NCBI GenBank assembly: GCA_964016885.1
Contig: OZ024741.1
Coordinates: 354,888,001-354,952,000, forward strand
Direction of reading: 5' to 3'
Length of the DNA stretch: 64,000 nt
Source of the DNA: Eledone cirrhosa
Taxonomy: Eukaryota
Within the stretch, counting starts at the first letter, position 1. Each line of letters starts with the position of its first letter. The notes below the pieces were generated by a model. It did no database searches, was not told the origin of the DNA, and was given only the letters and a program-made list of their open reading frames with translations. A program made the position numbers and the translations under genes. Of the stretch, positions 28,250-39,870 are shown piece after piece.

Positions 28250-28600
28250 CCGAACATGCTGCAAAAGAATTTTTTCCAGGGGAATACGGAGGGAGAAGAG
28301 GGTAGGGGGATCCTCAGATTTTCACCCCTCCCCCAGGGTTAAGGGGTTAAAAAAAAAACTCCCGAAGGGAGGGGGAAGGTTCGTGACCCCCTCCGTTCTC
28401 CGGAGCAAAAGTCCATTGCGGCATCTTCGGAGGTGAGATTAGTTGGTAGCAAACGGAAAAAAAAAAACAAAAAAACTCCGGAGGAGGGGGGGAAAGTCCT
28501 TTGCAGTATATTCGAGGGTAAGTTTGATAGCACAAAAAAAGAAAAAAAGAATATGAGGAAAAATAATTATTTCCCACTGAAATCGATGTGGGTGTTCTAT
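28250..28600. repeat. G/C-run-rich interspersed repeat (second copy ~30100-30370)
   Basis: Both copies end in tatttcccactgaaatcg..gtg..ctat and contain G/C runs; class unknown. Confidence 0.45.
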
Positions 28601-29595
28601 AAATTTACCTTATTTGTACAAGCTAAATATTTATGTAATTATATCTAAAAGAGATATTTTTATAATTAATTCCATGTGTCAGTAATCGAAATAAACCATT
28701 ACGCAAACAATGTATCAAAATGCAAATTTCTGTTGTGTTATTCATATATCCGGTAATACTGGAGTCCAAATATTAAATATATTCAACGCTATTGCCGTCA
28801 TTTGTTCATTCCGAAACTCCAATTTATTTTTGAAAATTTTGAAAAATAAATAAAGTAAAAATAAGGAAAAAAAAAACCCCATTAATTATTCGCATAAGTT
28901 GTTAAAATAAATTGGGGCCGCATGAACATTGGTTAGAGCTATACACATATGGAGTTGTGACCAACACAAAACGTTTTCGAAAACGTACTGTTTAAAATAA
29001 TCTTAGTCATATCTGGAGAAAGAACAAATGTCATAAACATATATATAACCACTTTCTTATCCCCAGGGCATTGCATTCATAATTCTGTTCGCCAGGCCCA
29101 TGAAACATCCACCTACTAATTCTTCAATAGCATACAAGGAATCCATCACACACAAAAAGAAAGCACAAACTTCCTATTGTTAACTCTAAGCTGTTAATAA
29201 TGTTTTCTACTATAGGCAGAAGGCCAACAATTTTGGGGGAGGTGGAAATCGATTAAATCGACTCCAGTGCATTACCGGTGCTTTGTTTTATCGACCTCGT
29301 AAGGATTAAAGGCAAAACTAACTTCGGCGGAATTTGAAATCAAAACAAACTATTATTACTCTAAGGTTAACTTTGCCTTTCTTCATCCTTACGGGGTCGA
29401 TAAAATAAAGTACCAGTAATGTACTGTGTATGTGCTGGCCATGTGCCAAAAGTAGAAACAATTATTACTCTTAGCTAATAATAGTCTTATATCACTCTAC
29501 TTAACATATTTAGTAATTAAAGCTTACACTAAAAAGATTACTCATAATAAAAATGAAAAAGATTTTAATATTAAATAAGAAGCGAAAACAGTTAC

Positions 29596-29630
29596 CGTTG
29601 TTCATCACAGTTCTTATCTGAGGGTTCCAT
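29596..29630 (-). CDS. TRAF-type zinc-finger microprotein, exon 1: MEPSDKNCDEQ(R)
   Basis: acaATGG start context, CG/GTaac donor, phase 2 compatible with exon 2. Confidence 0.65.
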
Positions 29631-29900
29631 TGTCTCAAAACGGTTCGAAAACAACTTCTAAGTGACGCGGTGACGTGCGAATAGTTACAAAAACAAATTC
29701 CAATGATGTGCCGTTATACAAAAATCTTTCCTATTTGTTTGTAAGCTATTTGAAAGAATTATTTCTCGGCCACTTCGAAATATGTTGTTATGCGAAATAA
29801 CAGCAACAATAACACTTTTATGTTTTCCAAAATTTGCTGTTAGCGCCTCCTTTTCTTATTGGTGGAATAATGTTCAACACTAACGCCCTCTTACAAACTG
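29631..29900 (-). promoter_or_regulatory. Putative 5' UTR/promoter of the zinc-finger gene
   Basis: Locally CpG-retaining, repeat-free; paired CRE-like half sites tgacgcggtgacgt at ~29663-29677. Confidence 0.35.
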
Positions 29901-30479
29901 AATTAGTGGGAGATAACTCTGTAACACTATTCACCTTCATCGCATTCTCAATTTTTTTAAGAATATGGAATTTGCGGCATACATAGTACACCTCTCCTCC
30001 ACACCAATTTTGTTTCTTTATAACATTTTTAGTAATATATTAAAAGGTGTAGATAACGATTATGTTGATGTTTTGGGGGGTAAATTTATAGAAAGAAAAC
30101 CCCACCGATTTCAGCCCCATGATCCTCTCCCCTGTTTTACGAGGGGAAACGTCTTAGATTAATTGGTAGCACGAAAAAAAAAAAAACGAGTTGAAAAAGA
30201 AGGGGTAATGAAAATTCGGAGGTGGGATAGAGGGGGACCCGATGTTTTTCTGTCCTCCCTCTCCATTTTCTTTCATATTATTAGGTAAGTTTAATTGATA
30301 ACACACGGGGGAGGGGGGACGAAGAAAAAATACTATTTCCCACTGAAATCGGTGGAGGTGTCTTTCTATATTATAGAAAGCGGTATTATTGTAGAGTCTA
30401 TGTTAATACCGCTTTTTTTTTTCTTTTTGCTTTTTTTGCAGTTCTGAGTTATACGTTCCAGTATAAAATCTATCTTCTT

Positions 30480-31330
30480 GCGTATGCGACAGCTGCAATT
30501 ATGTGTTGTCACCCGAGGCGTTGTAATCAGCTCACGATAGGGGGAATAGGGTGTGTGAGGTCCATTATTTCCAGGTGGTCGGAGGTCCAGGTACTCACTT
30601 ATATGTTCAGCTGTCTGCTCTGGTGGGCCACACTCGCAAGCTGCTGATGGACGCAGACCCCAGTGTGACATAGCTGCATAACCGATTCAGGGACATATAC
30701 TTCCTCCGAGAGAGGTTAGCGTCTGAGAAGAGGGCTGTATTGAGGTTGACGTTCAGTTGGGTTGGTCAAGATGTCTGTTGCCAATTAACTCTTCACGTTT
30801 GAAGCATGTTTCGTAGCTTTGTTACGCGACGAGAGAAAGGACAGTGTGACATCAAGCGATGTTGGTCCAGTAACTAAGAATCCTCAGCCATGTCATGGAG
30901 CGGATAACTTGTGTCTGTTGATGCATTGGTTACCAATCAATGTGTATAATGCTCTCTACGAAGATGTGCAGGAGCAATACCTTAGAGCACAGGTAGATAC
31001 TCAGTTGATATAGGATGGAGACATCCGATAATGAGCTTTAAGTTGTCGTTCAGGGCTGTATCTAGCTTCTTAGTGCGGGAGCTCCTGCACCATACAAGGA
31101 CGACGTACTCCTGTAGACAAAGACTAGGACACTTGTACGTAGCGTAGATGTAACAGCATCCTACGATGAGCTTGCCAAGCGGCGGAGAAGGTGCTATCTG
31201 AAATTAATGGTGAGATGGCGATTGCCCCCCCCCCCCCCCCCTGCTATTCAGGAGGAATGTCGTTGCAGTCGTCTTTGCCATGCTCACTTTGAATTTGCAG
31301 GTCTTGAAATATGTTTCCAGTTGGGTCATA
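30480..31330 (-). mobile_element. Decayed non-LTR retrotransposon 3' part (I-group/RTEX-like)
   Basis: LRRLASSS..DA.TSTLRTSA..LVY and the C-terminal HWGLRPSAACECG..EQTAEHI zinc knuckle. Confidence 0.65.
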
Positions 31331-31942
31331 TTTATAGCGATTAGTTGTTGGTCGATGTTGGTAGTGGAGTATGTTGTGGTGTTGATTCGTTTGTTGCGTG
31401 AGTGCTCACTTGTAGCTTGCTGCGTCGTGCGGTTACTGTTGTGTGCTACAGTGTGACCAGAGGTTGCATGTGTGCCGTTAAGTGAGTAAGTGTTCAGTAA
31501 GATGATATGATAGTTCCTTGATCACACAGAAAATGAATATATATAAATGAACCACGATGACACCAAACTGCTATATTATTAATTTATTCTGAGTTCAAAT
31601 TCCGCCGAGGTTAACTTTGCCTTTCATCCTTACGGGGTCGATAAAATAAAGTACCAGTAATGTACTGGATATTTGCTGACCTTGTGCCAATAGTAGAAAC
31701 AATTAATAATTTATTGAAAATAACTCACGCCGGAGTTGTACTAAAAATACACAGGAATTATGTACGTTATTTATTTGTTTGTAAAAGTAGGATTAAATTG
31801 TATTTACCAAGAAAACTTCATGAACTTCACCATCTTGGTTAAAAGAGAGACCAAGAAGTAGAGATTGAGTGTAAGACCAGGAGAGAGAGAGGGGGGCAGG
31901 GAGGAAAAGAGATAAATAGATAGATAGGTAGATAGATAGATA

Positions 31943-33652
31943 ACTTTCTTTTTATTTGCCACCAGGGCATCAAAAAGTGGGACAAGTACAATGGGGGGAG
32001 TTTACATAAAAAGGCGTCCTCAATAAGGAGGAGGCAATAACAAAATATAAAAATAAAATAAAATAAAACAAAATAAATTTAATAACAAAATCCTCAATAG
32101 GGAGGAGGCGCCTTGGGGGGTCGCACACGCCCCCGAAAAAAAGTGTGCAACCCTTCTCCTCAGGAGTACAGAGAGGGGGTGCTCCCTTGATCTTTCATCT
32201 TCCTCACCTATAGTCTGATGTAGAATGAAGGCCCATTCACACGGGCCATTCTCGCCACTTTCACCCATCTTTCATAAAAACGGCTGGGGTGCAGCACCTC
32301 TCTCTCCATCCTGATCCTTCTTCCGAAATGATATCGGAAGAAACGGACCAGTTGTTGGCAAGAGAGAAAGGTGTCTGACCTCAGTCCTTTCAGACGCGTC
32401 CACCATACCACCTCTTTCGCCATGGCTATTACGCACAGAAACACCGCCTCTCCTTCGTTTTTGAAGAGGAGAGGCGGCTTGATCGTTACAATAGACTCGG
32501 TGGTCAACCGGATCGGTCCCACCCTTGACAGCAGTTGTTCGACATAGCCCCACAGATCGGCAATGCCCGAGCAGTGTACCAATGCGTGTGCAACGGTTTC
32601 TTCGTCGCACACGCATCTGGGATAGATCTTTTTCGAGGGGTCCGTACCCGGGCGCCCGTGTCTGTAGAGCCTTTCTCGAACGGGCAGAGCCCCTCGGTGG
32701 CACTGCCAGGCCAGGGACCTCTGGAAGTTATCCATGGGTCCCGGGCTGAATGTCCTACCGAACAGGTTGACCAGTTCGTCTTCCTCCATGCCTAGGGCTT
32801 CTCCGAGGGCGTCGTCGCACCTGGAATAACTTTCAGCTCTCTCCCTCTCATTTGCCCTTTCGGCTCCTGCCCTTTCGGCCAGGCGCGTTCGCCTGGCAAC
32901 TAAACGGTAACTAATAACTTTGCTTCATTCTTTCATCTATTCATTGACATGTCAACTATACTATTTTATATAACTGCAAATTGTTGATTAAACTTTATAC
33001 ACACAACTTCCGCAGCAGTGGCTCTAGAGTCATTACATACAGAAGGGAGGAGAGAGGGCACCCTTGTCGGATGAACCGCGCGATTTCGAACGGCTCCGAG
33101 AAGTAGCCGTTCACCTTGACCCTAGAGCAGATGCGGCTGCTGTGCATGGCATTGATCCAGCCCCTGAAAACGGGTCCGAAGCCTGCCGCCGCTAGCACCG
33201 CATCCAGGTAACCATGGTCGACCCTATCGAACGCCTTAGATTGATCCAAGTTGATTAGGGCCCCACCAAAGCCGGGTTCGTTCCCAACCCTCTCTATGAT
33301 GTATCGCATGAGGTGGAGGTTGTCGTGGATGGACCTGGACAGGATAGCTCATGTCTGCGCATCTCCCACCAGGTTGCCCACGACAAGCGCCAACCTCTTT
33401 GCTAGCACCTTGGCCAAAATCTGTAACTCTGTATTTAGCAGAGTTATGGGTATGAAGTTATTTATATCGTCCCCCTTGTTCTCGTCCTTCCTCACTAGCG
33501 TGACTACGCCCTTGGTCACAGCACAGGGAATTCTCCCGTTCTGTTGCCAGTTGCAGTAGACCGCCTCGAGGAGATCGGGGAACAAGTCCGGCATAGCTAG
33601 ATATAGTTCGTATGGAAGACCATCGAGACCCGGGGATTTGCGTTTGCCGCAA
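31943..33652 (-). mobile_element. Tx1/L1-clade LINE (RT + zf-RVT), truncated, within a (GATA)n/(GA)n microsatellite
   Basis: KSPGLDGLPYE..., PITLLNTELQILAKVLAKRL, LDQSKAFDRVDH, IRQGCPLS, LAW..HRGALPV..C..ETVAHALVHC; 3' aataaaaagaaag followed by (TATC)n. Confidence 0.9.
32821..33008. mobile_element. Fragment of LTR family B interrupting the Tx1 ORF
   Basis: Reverse-complement match to 39910-40095 (cgcgcctggccgaaagggcaaatgag; gttgacatgtcaa). Confidence 0.7.
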
Positions 33653-33665
33653 GATAGATAGACAG

Positions 33666-33772
<107 letters not shown>

Positions 33773-33828
33773 CCCCAAGGGGTCTGTAGAAAGCAAATGT
33801 TTTACATCGTTACTCTATCAGGAACTGG

Positions 33829-34190
33829 TATAACGGAATACTCTTATGTTTAACCGGCGAAGATTCGAAACCGAATCTGAGGTTTCTCGCCTCTCGGACC
33901 ACCTATTGTTGGGAGATTCCCGCGATTGTCCAGTCAAGAAACAGGATGATAAACGTACATACCACTTGTCCTGTGACCCCAGCTTGTGGACAGAGGAAAC
34001 ACAGATGGCTGATCATAAATCAACCCCATATACACATCCTTCTAGCTATAGCATTATTATGAATACAAGGGCTTGGGGAACCCAACAGCCAGACTACTAA
34101 GCAAGCAGTCCGTGTTAAGGTTAACGATGTAGCAGACCTTTTACTCTAACTCTCTCTCCTGGCCTTACTGGCTTTCACCTTCTCGGCCAC
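33829..34190 (+). mobile_element. Partial LTR, family A
   Basis: Starts TATAACGGAATA; homologous to 39560-39870 and to the reverse complement of 42800-43172. Confidence 0.7.
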
Positions 34191-34221
34191 AGACTACAGC
34201 CAGACAGCCAGACAGCCAGAC

Positions 34222-37200
34222 TTAATGATGATTTATTTAATTGTTATAAAATGGCAAAAAACAATCCCTCCATTGGCTATATGAACAGAATGAAGCTACA
34301 CTGGGTCGAAATGCACCCAGAGCTAAATTATTTCACAGCGAAACAATTACGCCAACAAGCGGCGTTTGTTGAACGTAAAAATAAGATAAATATTATTAAT
34401 TGTAAGTACCCCCACAACAAACATGGGATCAAAAACACGTGCTACAGGTCGCCATGCTACTAGACTTCCTAGCAGCCAGGTCGAACAATGCCTTGAAACA
34501 ACTATGCCTGTAAGAAACTTGACACCACCTGTACCATCTAAGTCTACCTCGAATGCTGGGGAAAACACTATCGATAATAATAATAATCGAAGAAATAATA
34601 ATAATAATCGAAGAAATTTGACACCACGTGTACCATCCGAGTCTACCTCGACTGTTGTGGAAAATACTATTGATAATGATAATCAAAAGTATAAACAATT
34701 GAAAATTTCCCTCAACGAAATCTTCCAGAGAGAAATTAATTCATGTATAAATATCTCTCTTGTTGAACGTATTAAAACTACAATAGTTAATAAAAAACCA
34801 AATAATGAAATATTACATGTTATTGACGAAATAGGGGATGAATATTTACGACGGATAAAAACCCCAACATTTTGGCAAATCAACGCCTGTGCAACGACAG
34901 TGAAGCATTCATTATCTTGGTGATAGCAGAGATATTAACAAGAACAAAACACCACCAAAAATACCATCATATATAACTAAAATAGAAAAAAAGATTGCTG
35001 ACCTACGAAAAACCATAGGATATGACAATGCTCCTTACATGCAAACAAACACAAAAAAAACTCACTCCTCACCAACAAAGAGTAAAAAATAAAATAGAGA
35101 CGATGTTTGGTAACAGTAGAACCAGAACTCTTCAATATAAACTGAGAGCTGTTAGCGAAAAACGCCGATACCTGAAGAAAGTAGATGAGAGAAAAGTGCT
35201 TAATAAATGATTCAGACGAAACCAAACACCAGTCTATAGAGATATGAAGAACAAAATAAGTGTCACTGAGGCCCCATCCCAGAAAGACATAGATTCCTTT
35301 TGGAGTAAAATATGGGGTGAAAAGAAGAATTTCAACCAAGATGCAGTGTGGCTAAAAGAAATCCGAAAGAACTATTGTTGCTACACTACAACAAAAACAT
35401 ACGAAATAAGTGAGGGTACACTTGAGACTGTGATAGGAAAACTCCAAGATAATAAAACACCAGGAAGAGACATGATTACTGGTACAAAAAACTGATATTC
35501 TATCGGAGGTATCTTACTGACCTCTACCAACAAGTTCTTAAGGGAGATACACTTATACCAGAATGGTTGACATTAGCACAAACATTACTGATCCCCAAGA
35601 ACAAAGACACCCACTTGGCAAAAAACTACCGACCCATTGCATGCCATAACCTGATGTATAAGATGTATATAGCGTGCCTGAACCTATTCCTCCAAGATCA
35701 CTGTGAAAATAATAACATCATCACAGATGAACAAGCAGCTCGAAAGAAAGGGGTTTGGGGATGTGCTGAACAACTCCTAATCAACAAAACTGCGATGTCG
35801 GAGGTGCGACAACTTAGGAGAAATATGGCTACAGTCTGGCTGGACTACAGGAAAGCTTTCGATTCTGTTCCCCACTCTTGGATGATAGAGGCCCTCCAAT
35901 TTGCTAAAGTCCCAGACATTATTATCATTATTATCAGAGCCACAGAGAAGTTGTCTTCTTCTATCCTAAGGTTAAAGACAGAGAGGGAGGACTCTATTTT
36001 CACTGATAAAATAAAATATTGCAGGGGTATATTTTAGGGAGACAGTCCCTCTGTGATATTATTCATCTTGTCATTAAACCCCTTGTCCTTTCTGCTCAAG
36101 AAATGTGAAGGATACATCATTGGCTCACAGGAGGACAGAAATACGAACCTAACCCATAATTTCTTTGTGGATGATCTGAAACTCTATGCCAAGAACATGG
36201 ATGGGATGAAGAAAAATCTTGACCTGGTTACAACGTTCTCAAAGATATAGGAATGGAGTTTGGCCAAGATAAATGCTCATATATGACTATAAAGCGGGGA
36301 AAAACAACAACCCAATCTAGCAACATTGTCATCAATGGCCTAACTGTTTCACCGATATCTGATGAGGACTGCTACAGATACCTGGGGATAGATGAGAACA
36401 TATCCTATAATGGTATCTGTAATAAGGAACGTGTAACCATGGAATACTACACCCGATTAAGAAAGATTTGGTCATCGGAACTCTCTGCGCAAAACAAAAC
36501 AGTGGCTCACAATGTGTTTGCTGTGCCTGTCCTAACACCAACGTTTGGAATACTCAATTGGACGATAGACGAAATCCGAGCAGTTGATGTTGGAACTCGA
36601 AAAATACTAAACAACACATCAACAGTGACATAGACCGCCTTTACCTGAAACGTAAGCAGGGAGGCAGAGGCCTAACATCAGTTCAGACAGCATTTGAATG
36701 TCGCATCATATCCCTCCGACAACATCTACGAACCTCGAAGCATAGGAGCTCGTCTCTCGAGCAAGTCTATCTGCATGAAGCAGATAAGATCATGAGAGTT
36801 GGGAAGGAACTTCTCGAGAGCTATTCCCTTTGTGATAATCAAAAACTCACACCCAGGGAAGTTGCTCAGCAGTATCGCAGTGAATCCATGGATGAAAAAT
36901 TACATGCTTATCAGCAAAAAAATCATGCATGGATATGTTCCAGGAAGCTCCAGAGTGAGAGTAATATACATAAGGAAAGTAGTCTATCTTGGACCAACAA
37001 CCGCTATATTGGCTCCCACTTTGAAGGATACGCTTTTGCAATCCAAGAACAGGAAATTAACACGAAATACCTAGATGTGATAACAAGTGCAGACTCTGAT
37101 GAACTAACATCGAAGATATCACCCATGTCATCAGCAGCTGTCCAAAGATGTCATCGCGGTACTATCTACCTATGAGGCATGATGTAGTTGCCAAAACACT

Positions 37201-37915
37201 GTACAATGCAATCCGTAAAAAAGATAGCCCTGATAATAAACACGTTAAAAGCTACAGCAATGTGGAAGACATCCATGTACATAGTATGAAAGAGTACTGA
37301 TGGAATGTTCCAGTAAAAATCCCAATAATATGCAGGCATAACAGACCAAATATTATGATATGGGACAGGGAGAAGAAAGCACGCACAGTAGTGGAGGTTA
37401 GCTGTCCAGCAGATGCCAATATAATATCAAAGATTAGCAAAAAGGAGAATATTTATACAGAACTGATGAAAAATCTGCAGATATTCCACCCTGATTACAC
37501 CTTCAGATTTATGCCTATGATTATTGGGGCAATGGGGTATGTTAGTAACTGCTTCACTACAAATCTTGAGAAGCTAGGTTTCACAGGAACAGAAAGAACA
37601 CAACTAGTTAGGAAATTACAAGTACAATCCATTAATGGAACAGTAAAAATATGTAAAACATTCCAAAAATGTTGCATCTAATAACTGCATATACACATGT
37701 ACAGATACAAAGCATATACACATGCACACATACAACTCAAAACATACACATCCACACATACAATAACATCCATATCTACACATGCAGACATGCATACATA
37801 ATCTACCTAGTTGATGTTGTGTAAATTCCAATGAGAGAGTCTTGTGTCTATGTTAGAAATCGACTCTCTCTCTATTGGGAAAAAATTTGTGAAATTATAA
37901 TACATACATACATAC
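34222..37915 (+). mobile_element. R4/Dong-like (R2-group) non-LTR retrotransposon, near full length, decayed
   Basis: N-terminal GY..RM..HW...HP...T.KQL; RT NYRPIAC, WLDYRKAFDSVPH, FVDDLKLY, YRYLG; REL nuclease RHD.V...HNRP.I.IWD...VEVSCP...K...Y; (TACA)n tail. Confidence 0.88.
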
Positions 37916-38249
37916 AGACAGAGAGAACGGGGAAGAGATGAACAATGTATTCTGTTCTTCAATATAGCTTTTCATATATTCTATTGTATATATGTATACA
38001 TTTCAAACTGAGATATGTATTAAACATTTTGTAATAATTTGTATAATTACAAAATGTTTAAACCTCACCATGTTACTATTAGTGTTAATAATTTGTATAA
38101 TTAACACTAATAGTAGTATTATATTACGCATATATAGACAAATATAGCAGTACTAACACAAACATTTTGTAACGATCAGAAATATATATTTGCTTTGAAA
38201 TATTTTTTTCGTTCGTTTTTAGAAGCTATATAGAGTAGTCCCCCTTAGA

Positions 38250-39030
38250 CAGCTTGTTATTTTTTGGATGGCATTTTTGACCTCTTGATTGAATCACGGG
38301 GTCCTCTGGCCATCCGGCGTCACACCAAGCCGTTTTCGCCCGCAGCCTTTAACAAATAAAACAGAAACTGCTGAGCTGATCAATCTCTACTTTGTCCCAA
38401 CGTCCTCAGTTTGCTCAGGGAGTTGTCGGAATTTGGATGCAATAGTATCTGCATACCTGGTCCTGACTTCCTGAACCACCAACGCTTCCCACTTTATCCT
38501 GTAGGTTGCCCTGGACCTGCCAGTTTCGAGGGCCTCTTTGGCTTTAGGTAGTCTTAAGTTTCAGATAACTAGATGGCGATCAGTTGACAGCTCACCTCCT
38601 CTCTTAACACGAACATCCAGCACAGAATCGAAGAGATCAGAGACAGTAACAAAATCAATTATCAACCTCTGTGCCTGATTCCCCCAATACCATGCACATT
38701 CATGGAGATTTTGTGCTGGAAGGTGTTCATAATAGAGAGTTCATTACTAGAACAGAGGTCTCGCAAGACCTCTCCATTCGTATTTAGATCGGGATCGCCG
38801 ATCTAAATACGAATACCATGTCAGGTGGTCTGTGCCAATATGCGCATTGAAGTCTCCCATTGTGATATATGACTCAGTCTTAACTATATCTAACGCTGCA
38901 GTTACTTCATCAAGGAAGGATCTGTATTTGGACTCCTTGTATGTTGCATAAATTTGCACCACTCATAGAGACTTATCTTTCAGCCTAAGCTTCAAGAGGC
39001 AAATCCTCCCTCCTGGTGGGATCCAGTCCA
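38250..39030 (-). mobile_element. RTE-type LINE APE endonuclease fragment
   Basis: QIYA...FLDEV...MGDFNAHIG and DVRVKRGGELSTDRHLV. Confidence 0.75.
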
Positions 39031-39870
39031 TAACACATAATGTTTTAAATATCAGCTTACTTATGAAAACATTTGGTTATTTTCAGTCAAAATTCATTAG
39101 AACACATAGGCAGTGTATTTTATTAGAATTACTGTAATGAAGAGTACAAGTGTCTGTAAAATACTGAACCACTTGCAGTCCAATTCAATGACAGGATAGT
39201 TCATTGATCGATCAACTGGAACACTGATCGTCGAAACAGACACTAGATCAATGAGAGAGCATCTAAGCGGTAATTTGACCTGCTAGAAATAACAGTCAAA
39301 TGCCCCTTAAATCATACCCTACCATTTTAAAAGAGGAAAAGACATTAGATAATGTAATCCAAGTTACATCTAATATGGCGGGATGATTCGATTTTTATGA
39401 TAAGTTTACTCGATCACAGTTGATCGAACATATATCTGTTCAAAGACATCCAAGCTGTGACCATCCTGGCATTTTAGGGGATATTTAAGTCTACATTATC
39501 TGTCTTTCACTTTTGTTTTCCGAGATGAGAGGATGTGATGTTGCTACTTTTAATAGGGCTGTAACGGAATTCTCCTATAAATTTACCGGCGAAGATTCGC
39601 AACCGAATCTAAGAATTCTCGCCTCTGGGACCACCTATTGTTCCCACGATTGTCCTGTCAAAAAACAAGTATGATAAGCGTACATATCACTTGACCTGTG
39701 ACCCCAGCTTGTAGACAGAGGAAACACAGATGGCTACTCATAAATCAAGCCATATACACATCCTTCTAGCTAAAGGGTTATTATAAATACAAGTACTTAG
39801 GGAATCCTCCAGAGAGACCCCGAAGCAGCAATCAGTCCGTGAGAGATAACGATGTAGACATCAGCAGACC

